Below the pieces are notes generated by a model. The model was not told where the DNA came from, made no database searches, and was given only the letters and a program-made list of their open reading frames with translations. 64,000 nucleotides of DNA, taken from positions 992,001 through 1,056,000 of the forward strand of contig OZ024751.1 of the NCBI GenBank assembly GCA_964016885.1, read 5' to 3'. The translations under genes were made by a program, and so were the position numbers. Positions 1 to 14,900 of the stretch are shown one piece after another (the first letter of the stretch is position 1; each line of letters starts with the position of its first letter). The stretch is from Eledone cirrhosa. Lineage: Eukaryota.

Positions 1-7
1 TATATCA

Positions 8-33
8 ACTGTACACACTTCCCTGAGTACAGT
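8..33. repeat. Intra-monomer inverted repeat (representative copy): ACTGTACACA-cttccc-TGAGTACAGT
   Basis: Positions 8-17 pair with 24-33 at 9 of 10 positions (A15:A26 mismatch), with a 6-nt pyrimidine loop. It is present in every full-length monomer and weakened in G11A monomers. Confidence 0.9.
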
Positions 34-148
34 GTGTGAGTGTAGATATGTGTATATCAACTATACACACTTCCCTGAGTACAGTGTGTGAGTGTAGATA
101 TGAGTATATCAACTGTACACACTTCCCTGAGTACAGTGTGTGAGTGTA

Positions 149-162
149 GATATGTATATATC
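149..162. repeat. Junction-spanning near-palindrome GATATGTATATATC (representative copy)
   Basis: A 14-bp self-complementary stretch with a single G:T pair in A52 monomers. The perfect form GATATATATATATC occurs at ~669 and 1501. Confidence 0.85.
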
Positions 163-2164
163 AACTATACACGCTTCTCTGAGTAGAGTGTGTGAGTGTA
201 GATATGTATATATCAACTATACACGCTTCTCTAAGTACAGTGTGTGAGTGTAGATATGTATATATCAACTGTACACACTTCCCTGAGTACAGTGTGTGAG
301 TGTAGATATGTATATATCAAGAGTACACACTTCCCTGAGTACAGCGTGTGAGTGTAGATATGTATATATCAAGTGTACACACTTCCCTGAGTACAGTGTG
401 TGAGTGTAGATATGTATATATCAAGTGTACACACTTCCCTGAGTATAGTGGGTGAGTGTAGATATGTGTATATCAACTGTACACACTTCCCTGAGTACAG
501 TGTGTGAGTGTAGATATGTGTATATCAACTATACACACTTCCCTAAGTACAGTGTGTGAGTGTAGATATGTATATATCAACTATACACACTTCCCTGAGT
601 ACAGTGTGTGAGTGTAGATATGTGTATATCAACTGTACACACTTCCCTGAGTACAGTGGGTGAGGGTAGATATATATATATCAATTGTACTCACTTCTCT
701 GAGTACAGTGTGTGAGTGTAGATATGTATATATCAACTGTACACACTTCCCTGAGTACTGTAGGTGAGTGTAGATATGTGTATATCAACTGTACACACTT
801 CCCTGAGTACAGTGTGTGAGTGTAGATATGTGTATATCAACTATACACACTTCCCTAAGTACAGTGTGTGAGTGTAGATATGTATATATCAACTATACAC
901 ACTTCCCTGAGTACAGTGTGTGAGTGTAGATATGTATATATCAACTGTACACACTTCTCTGAGTACAGTGTGTGAGTGTAGATATGTATATATCAACTGT
1001 ACACACTTCTCTGAGTACAGTGGGTGAGTGTAGATATGTATATATCAACTGTACACACTTCTCTGAGTACAGTGTGTGAGTGTAGATATGTATATATCAA
1101 CTGTACACACTTCCCTGAGTGCAGTGTGTGAGTGTAGATATGTGTATACCAACTATACACACTTCCCTGAGTACAGTGTGTGAGTGTAGATATGTATATA
1201 TCAACTGTACACACTTCTCTGAGTACAGTGTGTGAGTGTAGATATGTGTATATCAACTATACACGCTTCCCTGAGTACAGTGTGTGAGTGTAGATATGTG
1301 TATATCAACTATACACACTTCCCTGAGTACAGTGGGTGAGTGTAGATATGTATATATCAACTGTACACACTTCCCTGAGTACAGTGTGTGAGTGTAGATA
1401 TGTATATATCAACTGTACACACTTCCCTGAGTACAGTGGGTGAGTGTAGATATGTATATATCAACTGTACACACTTCCCTGAGTACAGTGTGTGAGTGTA
1501 GATATATATATATCAATTGTACTCACTTCCCTGAGTACAGTGGGTGAGTGTAGATATGTATATATCAACTGTACTCACTTCCCTGAGTACAGTGTGTGAG
1601 TGTAGATATGTGTATACACACTTCCCTGAGTACAGTGTGTGAGTGTAGATATGTGTATACACACTTCCCTGAGTACAGTGGGTGAGTGTAGATATGTATA
1701 TATCAACTGTACACACTTCCCTGAGTACAGTGTGTGAGTGTAGATATGTATATATCAACTATACACGCTTCCCTGAGTACAGTGTGTGTGTGTAGATATG
1801 TGTATATCAAGTGTACACACTTCCTTGAGTACAGCGTGTGAGTGTAGATATGTATATATCAACTATACACACTTCCCTGAGTACAGTGTGTGAATGTAGA
1901 TATGTATATATCAACTATACACGCTTCTCTGAGTACAGTGTGTGAGTGTAGATATGTATATATCAACTATACACACTTCCCTGAGTACAGTGTGTGAGTG
2001 TAGATATGTATATATCAACTGTACACACTTCCCTGAGTACAGTGTGTGAGTGTAGATATGTATATATCAAGAGTACACACTTCCCTGAGTACAGCGTGTG
2101 AGTGTAGATATGTATATATCAAGTGTACACACTTCCCTGAGTACAGTGTGTGAGTGTAGATATG

Positions 2165-3190
2165 TATATATCAAGTGTACACACTTCCCTGAGTATAGTG
2201 GGTGAGTGTAGATATGTGTATATCAACTGTACACACTTCCCTGAGTACAGTGGGTGAGTGTAGATATGTATATATCAACTATACACACTTCCCTGAGTAC
2301 AGTGTGTGAGTGTAGATATGTATATATCAACTGTACACACTTCTCTGAGTACAGTGTGTGAGTGTAGATATGTGTATATCAACTATACACACTTCCCTAA
2401 GTACAGTGTGTGAGTGTAGATATGTATATATCAACTGTACACACTTCTCTGAGTACAGTGGGTGAGTGTAGATATGTGTATATCGACTGTACACACTTCC
2501 CTGAGTACAGTGTGTGAGTGTAGATATGTGTATATCAACTGTACACACTTCCCTGAGTACAGTGTGTGAGTGTAGATATGTGTATACACACTTCCCTGAG
2601 TACAGTGTGTGAGTGTAGATATGTATATATCAACTATACACACTTCCCTGAGTACAGTGTGTGAGTGTAGATATGTATATATCAAGTGTACACACTTCCC
2701 TGAGTATAGTGGGTGAGTGTAGATATGTGTATATCAACTGTACACACTTCCCTGAGTACAGTGGGTGAGTGTAGATATGTATATATCAACTATACACACT
2801 TCCCTGAGTACAGTGTGTGAGTGTAGATATGTATATATCAACTGTACACACTTCTCTGAGTACAGTGTGTGAGTGTAGATATGTGTATATCAACTATACA
2901 CACTTCCCTAAGTACAGTGTGTGAGTGTAGATATGTATATATCAACTGTACACACTTCTCTGAGTACAGTGGGTGAGTGTAGATATGTGTATATCGACTG
3001 TACACACTTCCCTGAGTACAGTGTGTGAGTGTAGATATGTGTATATCAACTGTACACACTTCCCTGAGTACAGTGTGTGAGTGTAGATATGTGTATACAC
3101 ACTTCCCTGAGTACAGTGTGTGAGTGTAGATATGTATATATCAACTATACACACTTCCCTGAGTACAGTGTGTGAGTGTAGATATGTATA
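2165..3190. repeat. Tandem duplication of a 10-monomer (511 bp) block
   Basis: Identical ORF pairs 2327/2838 and 2431/2942 are offset by 511 = 9x52+43. The rare marker TATCGACT occurs at ~2481 and ~2992. Confidence 0.9.
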
Positions 3191-6100
3191 TATCAACTGT
3201 ACACACTTCTCTGAGTACAGTGGGTGAGTGTAGATATGTGTATATCAACTGTACACACTTCCCTGAGTACAGTGTGTGAGTGTAGATATGTATATATCAA
3301 CTGTACACACTTCTCTGAGTACAGTGTGTGAGTGTAGATATGTATATATCAAGTGTACACACTTCCTTGAGTACAAATTTGATTGTGTAGATATGTATAT
3401 ATCAAGTGTACACACTTCCCTGAGTACAGTGTGTGAGTGTAGATATGTATATATCAACTGTACACACTTCCCTGAGTACAGTGGGTGAGTGTAGATATGT
3501 ATATATCAACTGTACTCACTTCCCTGAGTACAGTGGATGAGTGTCGATATGTGTATATCAACTGTACACACATCCCTGAGTAGAGTGTGTGAGTGTAGAT
3601 ATGTACATATCAACTGTACACACTTCTCTGAGTACAGTGGGTGAGTGTAGATATGTGTATATCAACTGTACACACTTCCCTGAGTACAGTGTGTGAGTGT
3701 AGATATGTGTATATCAACTATACACACTTCCCTGAGTACAGTGTGTGAGTGTAGATATGTATATATCAACTGTACACACTTCTCTGAGTACAGTGGGTGA
3801 GTGTAGATATGTGTATATCAACTGTACACACTTCCCTGAGTACAGTGTGTGAGTGTAGATATGTGTATATCAACTATACACACTTCCCTAAGTACAGTGT
3901 GTGAGTGTAGATATGTATATATCAACTATACACACTTCCCTGAGTACAGTGTGTGAGTGTAGATATGTGTATATCAACTGTACACACTTCCCTGAGTACA
4001 GTGTGTGAGTGTAGATATGTGTATACACACTTCCCTGAGTACAGTGTGTGAGTGTAGATATGGATATAACAATTATACACGCTTCTCTGAGTACAGTGGG
4101 TGAGTGTAGATATGTATATATCAACTGTACACACTTCCCTGAGTACAGTGTGTGATTGTAGATATGTGTATATCAACTGTACACACTTCCCTGAGTACAG
4201 TGTGTGAGTGTAGATATGTATATATCAACTATACACACTTCCCTGAGTACAGTGTGTGAGTGTAGATATGTATATATCAACTATACACACTTCCCTGAGT
4301 ACAGTGTGTGAGTGTAGATATGTATATATCAAGTGTACACACTTCTCTGAGTACAGTGTGTGAGTGTAGATATGTATATGTCAACTGTACACACTTCTCT
4401 GAGTACAGTGGGTGAGTGTAGATATGTATATATCAACCGTACACACTTCCCTGAGTACAGTGTGTGAGTGTAGATATGTGTATACCAACTATACACACTT
4501 CCCTGAGTACAGTGTGTGAGTGTAGATATGTATATATCAACTGTACACACTTCCCTGAGTAGAGTGTGTGAGTGTAGATATGTATATATCAACTGTACAC
4601 ACTTCCCTGAGTACAGTGTGTGAGTGTAGATATGTATATATCAACTGTACACACTTCTCTGAGTACAGTGTGTGAGTGTAGATATGTATATATCAACTGT
4701 ACACACTTCCCTGAGTACAGTGTGTGAGTGTAGATATGTATATATCAACTATACACGCTTCTCTGAGTACAGTGTGTGAGTGTAGATATGTATATATCAA
4801 CTATACACGCTTCCCTGAGTACAGTGTGTGAGTGTAGATATGTGTATATCAACTATACACACTTCCCTGAGTACAGTGTGTGAGTGTAGATATGTATATA
4901 TCAACTATACACACTTCCCTGAGTACAGTGTGTAAGTGTAGATATGTATATATCAAGTGTACACACTTCCTTGAGTACAGTGTGTGAGTGTAGATATGTA
5001 TATATCAAGTGTACACACTTCCCTGCGTACAGTGTGTGAGTGTAGATATGTATATATCAACTGTACACACTTCCCCGAGTACAGTGGGTGAGTGTAGATA
5101 TGTATATATCAACTGTACTCACTTCCCTGAGTACAGTGGGTGAGTGTCGATATGTGTATATCAACTGTACACACTTCCCTGAGTACAGTGTGTGAGTGTA
5201 GATATGTATATATCAAATGTACACACTTCTCTGAGTACAGTGGGTGAGTGTAGATATGTGTATATCAACTGTACACACTTCCCTGAGTATAGTGTGTGAG
5301 TGTAGATATGTGTATATCAACTATACACACTTCCCTGAGTACAGTGTGTGAGTGTAGATATGTATATATCAACTATACACACTTCCCTGAGTACAGTGTG
5401 TGAGTGTAGATATGTGTATATCAACTGTACACACTTCCCTGTGTACAGTGTGTGAGTGTAGATATGTGTATACACACTTCCCTGAGTACAGTGTGTGAGT
5501 GTAGATATGTATATATCAACTGTACACACTTCCCTGAGTACAGTGGGTGAGTGTAGATATGTGTATATCAACTATACACACTTCCCTGAGTACAGTGTGT
5601 GAGTGTAGATATGTATATATCAACTGTACACACTTCCCTGAGTAGAGTGTGTGAGTGTAGATATGTATATATCAACTGTACACACTTCCCTGAGTACAGT
5701 GTGTGAGTGTAGATATGTATATATCAACTGTACACACTTCCCTGAGTACAGTGTGTGAGTGTAGATATGTATATATCAACTATACACGCTTCTCTGAGTA
5801 GAGTGTGAGGGTAGATATGTATATATCAACTGTACACACTTCCCTGAGTACAGTGTGTGAGAGTAGATATGTGTATATCAACTGTACACACTTCTCTGAG
5901 TACAGTGTGTGAGTGTAGATATGTATATATAAACTGTACACACTTCCCTGAGTACAGTGTGTGAGTGTAGATATGTGTATATCAACTATACACGCTTCTC
6001 TGAGTACAGTGTGTGAGTGTAGATATGTGTATATCAACTGTACACACTTCCCTGAGTACAGTGTGTGAGTGTAGATATGTATATATCAACTGTACACGTT

Positions 6101-7229
6101 TCTCTGAGTACAGTGTGTGAGTGTAGATATGTGTATATAAACTGTACACACTTACCTGAGTACAGTGTGTGAGTGTAGATATGTATATATCAACTATACA
6201 CGCTTCTCTGAGTACAGTGTGTGAGTGTAGATATGTATATATCAACTATACACGCTTCTCTGAGTACAGTGTGTGAGTGTAGATATGTATATATCAACTA
6301 TACACACTTCCCTGAGTACAGTGTGTGAGTGTAGATATGTGTATATCAACTATACAGACTTCCCTGAGTAGAGTGTGTGAGTGTAGATATGTATATATCA
6401 ACTATACACCCTCCCCTGAGTACAGTGTGTGAGTGTAGATATGTATATATCAACTGTACACGCTTCTGTGAGTACAGTGGGTGAGTGTAGATATGTATAT
6501 ATCAACTGTACACACTTCTCTGAGTACAGTGTGTGAGTGTAGATATGTATATATCAACTGTACAAACTTCTCTGAGTACAGTGGGTGAGTGTAGATATGT
6601 ATATATCAACTGTACACACTTCCCTGAGTACAGTGTGTGAGTGTAGATATGTGTATATCAACTATACACACTTCCCTGAGTACAGTGTGTTAGTGTAGAT
6701 AAGTATATATCAACTATACACACTTCTCTGAGTACAGTGTGTGAGTGTAGATATGTATATGTCAACTGTACACACTTCTCTGAGTACAGTGGGTGAGTGT
6801 AGATATGTATATATCAACTGTACACACTTCTCTGAGTACAGTGTGTGAGTGTAGATATGTATATATCAACTGTACACACTTCCCTGAGTACAGTGTGTGA
6901 GTGTAGATATGTGTATACCAACTATACACACTTCCCTGAGTACAGTGTGTGAGTGTAGATATGTATATATCAACTGTACACACTTCCCTGAGTAGAGTGT
7001 GTGAGTGTAGATATGTATATATCAACTGTACACACTTCCCTGAGTACAGTGTGTGAGTGTAGATATGTATATATCAACTGTACACACTTCTCTGAGTACA
7101 GTGTGTGAGTGTAGATATGTATATATCAACTGTACACACTTCCCTGAGTACAGTGTATGAGTGTAGATATGTATATATCAACTATACACGCTTCTCTGAG
7201 TACAGTGTGTGAGTGTAGATATGTATGTA

Positions 7230-10200
7230 TCAACTGTACACACTTCCCTGAGTACAGTGTGTGAGTGTAGATATGTATATATCAACTGTACACACTTCTC
7301 TGAGTACAGTGGGTGAGTGTAGATATGTATATATCAACTGTACACACTTCCCTGAGTAGAGTGTGTGAGTGTAGATATGTATATATCAACTATACACGCT
7401 TCCCTGAGTACAGTGTGTGAGTGTAGATATGTGTATATCAACTATACACACTTCCCTGAGTACAGTGTGTGAGTGTAGATATGTATATATCAACAATACA
7501 CACTTCCCTGAGTACAGTGTGTGAGTGTAGATATGTATATATCAAGTGTACACACTTCCTTGAGTACAGTGTGTGAGTGTAGATATGTATATATCAAGTG
7601 TACACACTTCCCTGAGTACAGTGTGTGAGTGTAGATATGTATATATCAACTGTACACACTTCCCCGAGTACAGTGGGTGAGTGTAGATATGTATATATCA
7701 ACTGTACTCACTTCCCTGAGTACAGTGGGTGAGTATCGGTATGTGTATATCAACTGTACACACTTCCCTGAGTACAGTGTGTGAGTGTAGATATGTATAT
7801 ATCAACTGTACACACTTCTCTGAGTACAGTGAGTGAGTGTAGATATGTGTATATCAACTGTACACACTTCCCTGAGTATAGTGTGTGAGTGTAGATATGT
7901 GTATATCAACTATACACACTTCCCTGAGTACAGTGTGTGAGTGTAGATATGTATATATCAACTGTACACACTTCTCTGAGTACAGTGAGTGAGTGTAGAT
8001 ATGTGTATATCAACTGTACACACTTCCCTGAGTATAGTGTGTGAGTGTAGATATGTGTATATCAACTATACACACTACCATGAGTACAGTGTGTGAGTGT
8101 AGATATGTATATATCAACTATACACACTTCCCTGAGTACAGTGTGTGAGTGTAGATATGTGTATATCAACTGTACACACTTCCCTGTGTACAGTGTGTGA
8201 GTGTAGATATGTGTATACACACTTCCCTGAGTACAGTGTGTGAGTGTAGATATGTATATATCAACTGTACACACTTCCCTGAGTACAGTGGGTGAGTGTA
8301 GATATGTGTATATCAACTATACACACTTCCCTGAGTACAGTGTGTGAGTGTAGATATGTATATATCAACTGTACACACTTCCCTGAGTAGAGTGTGTGAG
8401 TGTAGATATGTATATATCAACTGTACACACTTCCCTGAGTACAGTGTGTGAGTGTAGATATGTATATATCAACTGTACACACTTCCCTGAGTACAGTGTG
8501 TGAGTGTAGATATGTGTATATCAACTATACACGCTTCTCTGAGTACAGTGTGTGAGTGTAGATATGTATATATCAACTGTACACACTTCCCTGAGTACAG
8601 TGTGTGAGTGTAGATATGTATATATAAACTGTACACACTTCCCTGAGTACAGTGTGTGAGTGTAGATATGTGTATATCAACTATACACGCTTCTCTGAGT
8701 ACAGTGTGTGAGTGTAGATATGTATATATCAACTATACACGCTTCTCTGAGTACAGTGTGTGAGTGTAGATATGTATATATCAACTGTACACACTTCCCT
8801 GAGTACAGTGTGTGAGTGTAGATATGTATATATCAAGTGTACACACTTCCCTGAGTACAGTGTGTGAGTGTAGATATGTATATATCAAGTGTACACACTT
8901 CCCTGAGTACAGTGTGTGAGTGTAGATATGTATATATCAACTATACACACTTCCCTGAGTACAGTGTGTGAGTGTAGATATGTGTATATCAACTATACAC
9001 ACTTCCCTGAGTAGAGTGTGTGAGTGTAGATATGTATATATCAACTATACACCCTTCCCTGAGTACAGTGTGTGAGTGTAGATATGTATATATCAACTGT
9101 ACACGCTTCTCTGAGTACAGTGGGTGAGTGTAGATATGTATATATCAACTGTACACACTTCTCTGAGTACAGTGTGTGAGTGTAGATATGTATATATCAA
9201 CTGTACACACTTCTCTGAGTACAGTGGGTGAGTGTAGATATGTATATATCAACTGTACACACTTCCCTGAGTACAGTGTGTGAGTGTAGATATGTGTATA
9301 TCAACTATACACACTTCCCTGAGTACAGTGTGTTAGTGTAGATAAGTATATATCAACTATACACACTTCCCTGAGTACAGTGTGTGAGTGTAGATATGTA
9401 TATATCAACTGTACACACTTCCCTGAGTACAGTGTGTGAGTGTAGATATGTATATATCAACTGTACACACTTCTCTGAGTACAGTGTGTGAGTGTAGATA
9501 TGTATATATCAACTGTACACACTTCTCTGAGTACAGTGTGTGAGTGTAGATATGTATATATCAACTGTACACACTTCCCTGAGTACAGTGTGTGAGTGTA
9601 GATACGTATATATCAACTGTACACACTTCTCTGAGTACAGTGTGTGAGTGTAGATATGTGTATATCAACTATACACACTTCCCTGAGTACAGTGTGTGAG
9701 TGTAGATATGTATATATCAACTGTACACACTTCTCTGAGTACAGTGGGTGAGTGTAGATATGTATATATCAACTGTACACACTTCCCTGAGTAGAGTGTG
9801 TGAGTGTAGATATGTATATATCAACTATACACGCTTCCCTGAGTACAGTGTGTGAGTGTAGATATGTGTATATCAACTATACACACTTCCCTGAGTACAG
9901 TGTGTGAGTGTAGATATGTATATATCAACAATACACACTTCCCTGAGTACAGTGTGTGAGTGTAGATATGTATATATCAAGTGTACACACTTCCTTGAGT
10001 ACAGTGTGTGAGTGTAGATATGTATATATCAAGTGTACACACTTCCCTGAGTACAGTGTGTGAGTGTAGATATGTATATATCAACTGTACACACTTCCCC
10101 GAGTACAGTGGGTGAGTGTAGATATGTATATATCAACTGTACTCACTTCCCTGAGTACAGTGGGTGAGTATCGGTATGTGTATATCAACTGTACACACTT

Positions 10201-11990
10201 CCCTGAGTACAGTGTGTGAGTGTAGATATGTATATATCAACTGTACACACTTCTCTGAGTACAGTGAGTGAGTGTAGATATGTGTATATCAACTGTACAC
10301 ACTTCCCTGAGTATAGTGTGTGAGTGTAGATATGTGTATATCAACTATACACACTACCATGAGTACAGTGTGTGAGTGTAGATATGTATATATCAACTAT
10401 ACACACTTCCCTGAGTACAGTGTGTGAGTGTAGATATGTGTATATCAACTGTACACACTTCCCTGTGTACAGTGTGTGAGTGTAGATATGTGTATACACA
10501 CTTCCCTGAGTACAGTGTGTGAGTGTAGATATGTATATATCAACTGTACACACTTCCCTGAGTACAGTGGGTGAGTGTAGATATGTGTATATCAACTATA
10601 CACACTTCCCTGAGTACAGTGTGTGAGTGTAGATATGTATATATCAACTGTACACACTTCCCTGAGTAGAGTGTGTGAGTGTAGATATGTATATATCAAC
10701 TGTACACACTTCCCTGAGTACAGTGTGTGAGTGTAGATATGTATATATCAACTGTACACACTTCCCTGAGTACAGTGTGTGAGTGTAGATATGTGTATAT
10801 CAACTATACACGCTTCTCTGAGTACAGTGTGTGAGTGTAGATATGTATATATCAACTGTACACACTTCCCTGAGTACAGTGTGTGAGTGTAGATATGTAT
10901 ATATAAACTGTACACACTTCCCTGAGTACAGTGTGTGAGTGTAGATATGTGTATATCAACTATACACGCTTCTCTGAGTACAGTGTGTGAGTGTAGATAT
11001 GTATATATCAACTATACACGCTTCTCTGAGTACAGTGTGTGAGTGTAGATATGTATATATCAACTGTACACACTTCCCTGAGTACAGTGTGTGAGTGTAG
11101 ATATGTATATATCAAGTGTACACACTTCCCTGAGTACAGTGTGTGAGTGTAGATATGTATATATCAAGTGTACACACTTCCCTGAGTACAGTGTGTGAGT
11201 GTAGATATGTATATATCAACTATACACACTTCCCTGAGTACAGTGTGTGAGTGTAGATATGTGTATATCAACTATACACACTTCCCTGAGTAGAGTGTGT
11301 GAGTGTAGATATGTATATATCAACTATACACCCTTCCCTGAGTACAGTGTGTGAGTGTAGATATGTATATATCAACTGTACACGCTTCTCTGAGTACAGT
11401 GGGTGAGTGTAGATATGTATATATCAACTGTACACACTTCTCTGAGTTCAGTGTGTGAGTGTAGATATGTATATATCAACTGTACACACTTCTCTGAGTA
11501 CAGTGGGTGAGTGTAGATATGTATATATCAACTGTACACACTTCCCTGAGTACAGTGTGTGAGTGTAGATATGTGTATATCAACTATACACACTTCCCTG
11601 AGTACAGTGTGTTAGTGTAGATAAGTATATATCAACTATACACACTTCCCTGAGTACAGTGTGTGAGTGTAGATATGTATATATCAACTGTACACACTTC
11701 CCTGAGTACAGTGTGTGAGTGTAGATATGTATATATCAACTGTACACACTTCTCTGAGTACAGTGTGTGAGTGTAGATATGTATATATCAACTGTACACA
11801 CTTCTCTGAGTACAGTGTGTGAGTGTAGATATGTATATATCAACTGTACACACTTCCCTGAGTACAGTGTGTGAGTGTAGATACGTATATATCAACTGTA
11901 CACACTTCTCTGAGTACAGTGTGTGAGTGTAGATATGTGTATATCAACTATACACACTTCCCTGAGTACAGTGTGTGAGTGTAGATATGT
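7230..11990. repeat. Tandem duplication of a 44-monomer (2279 bp) higher-order unit
   Basis: ORF pairs 8062/10341 and 8469/10748 are offset by 2279 = 44x52-9. Shared rare markers: CAACAATAC, GAGTATCGGT, CACTACCATG, CACCCTTCCC, GTTAGTGTAGATAAG and GATACG. Confidence 0.85.
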
Positions 11991-14900
11991 ATATATCAAC
12001 TATACACGCTTCTCTGAGTACAATGTGTGAGTGTAGATATGTATATATCAACTGTACACACTTCTCTGAGTACAGTGTGTGAGTGTAGATATGTGTATAT
12101 CAACTGTACACGCTTCCCTGAGTACAGTGTGTGAGTGTAGATATGTATATATCAACTGTACACGCTTCTCTGAGTACAGTGGGTGAGTGTAGATATGTGT
12201 ATATCAACTGTACACGATTCCCTGAGTACAGTGTGTGAGTGTAGATATGTATATATCAACTGTACACGCTTCTCTGAGTACAGTGTGTGAGTGTAGATAT
12301 GTGTATATCAACTGTACAGACTTCCCTGAGTACAGTGGGTAAGTGTAGATATGTATATATCAACTGTACACATTTCCCTGAGTACAGTGTGTGAGTGTAG
12401 ATATGTATATATCAACTATACACACTTCCCTGAGTACAGTGTGTGAGTGTAGATATGTATATATCAACTATACACACTTCCCTGAGTACAGTGTGTGAGT
12501 GTAGATATGTATATATCAACTGTACACACTTCTCTGAGTACAGTGGGTAAGTGTAGATATGTATATATCAACTGTACACACTTCCCTGAGTACAGTGTGT
12601 GAGTGTAGATATGTATATATCAACTATACACACTTCCCTGAGTACAGTGTGTGAGTGTAGATATGTATATTTCAACTATACACACTTCTCTGAGTACAGT
12701 GGGTGAGTGTAGATATGTATATATCAACTGTACACACTTCTCTGAGTACAGTGGGTGAGTGTAGATATGTATATATCAACTATACACACTTCCCTGAGTA
12801 CAGTGTGTGAGTGTAGATATGTGTATATCAACTATACACACTTCCCTGAGTACAGTGTGTGAGTGTAGATATGTATATATCAACTGTACACACTTCCCTG
12901 AGTAGAGTGTGTGAGTGTAGATATGTATATATCAACTGTACACACTTCCCTGAGTACAGTGTGTGAGTGTAGATATGTATATATCAACTATACACACTTC
13001 CCTGAGTACAGTGAGTGTAGATATGTGTATATCAAATGTACACACTTCCCTGAGTACAGTGTGTGAGTGTAGATATGTGTATATCAACTATACACACTTC
13101 CCTGAGTACAGTGTGTGAGTGTAGATATGTGTATATCAACTGTACACACTTCCCTGAGTACAGTGTGTGAGTGTAGATATGTATATATCAACTATACACG
13201 CTTCTCTGAGTACAGTGTGTGTGTGTAGATATGTATATATCAACTGTACACATTTCCCTGAGTACAGTGTGTGAGTGTAGATATGTATATATCAACTATA
13301 CACACTTCCCTGAGTACAGTGTGTGAGTGTAGATATGTATATTTCAACTATACACACTTCTCTGAGTACAGAGGGTGAGTGTAGATATGTATATATCAAC
13401 TGTACACACTTCCCTGAGTACAGTGTGTGAGTGTAGATATGTATATATCAACTGTACACACTTCTCTGAGTACAGTGGGTGAGTGTAGATATGTATATAT
13501 CAACTATACACACTTCCCTGAGTACAGTGTGTGAGTGTAGATATGTGTATATCAACTATACACACTTCCCTGAGTACAGTGTGTGAGTGTAGATATGTAT
13601 ATATCAACTGTACACACTTCCCTGAGTAGAGTGTGTGAGTGTAGATATGTATATATCAACTGTACACACTTCTCTGAGTACAGTGAGTGAGTGTAGATAT
13701 GTGTATATCAACTGTACACACTTCCCTGAGTATAGTGTGTGAGTGTAGATATGTGTATATCAACTATACACACTTCCATGAGTACAGTGTGTGAGTGTAG
13801 ATATGTATATATCAACTATACACACTTCCCTGAGTACAGTGTGTGAGTGTAGATATGTGTATATCAACTGTACACACTTCCCTGTGTACAGTGTGTGAGT
13901 GTAGATATGTGTATACACACTTCCCTGAGTACAGTGTGTGAGTGTAGATATGTATATATCAACTGTACACACTTCCCTGAGTACAGTGGGTGAGTGTAGA
14001 TATGTGTATATCAACTATACACACTTCCCTGAGTACAGTGTGTGAGTGTAGATATGTATATATCAACTGTACACACTTCCCTGAGTAGAGTGTGTGAGTG
14101 TAGATATGTATATATCAACTGTACACACTTCCCTGAGTACAGTGTGTGAGTGTAGATATGTATATATCAACTGTACACACTTCCCTGAGTACAGTGTGTG
14201 AGTGTAGATATGTGTATATCAACTATACACGCTTCTCTGAGTACAGTGTGTGAGTGTAGATATGTATATATCAACTGTACACACTTCCCTGAGTACAGTG
14301 TGTGAGTGTAGATATGTATATATAAACTGTACACACTTCCCTGAGTACAGTGTGTGAGTGTAGATATGTGTGTATCAACTATACACGCTTCTCTGAGTAC
14401 AGTGTGTGAGTGTAGATATGTATATATCAACTATACACGCTTCTCTGAGTACAGTGTGTGAGTGTAGATATGTATATATCAACTGTACACACTTCCCTGA
14501 GTACAGTGTGTGAGTGTAGATATGTATATATCAAGTGTACACACTTCCCTGAGTACAGTGTGTGAGTGTAGATATGTATATATCAAGTGTACACACTTCC
14601 CTGAGTACAGTGTGTGAGTGTAGATATGTATATATCAACTATACACACTTCCCTGAGTACAGTGTGTGAGTGTAGATATGTGTATATCAACTATACACAC
14701 TTCCCTGAGTAGAGTGTGTGAGTGTAGATATGTATATATCAACTATACACCCTTCCCTGAGTACAGTGTGTGAGTGTAGATATGTATATATCAACTGTAC
14801 ACGCTTCTCTGAGTACAGTGGGTGAGTGTAGATATGTATATATCAACTGTACACACTTCTCTGAGTACAGTGTGTGAGTGTAGATATGTATATATCAACT

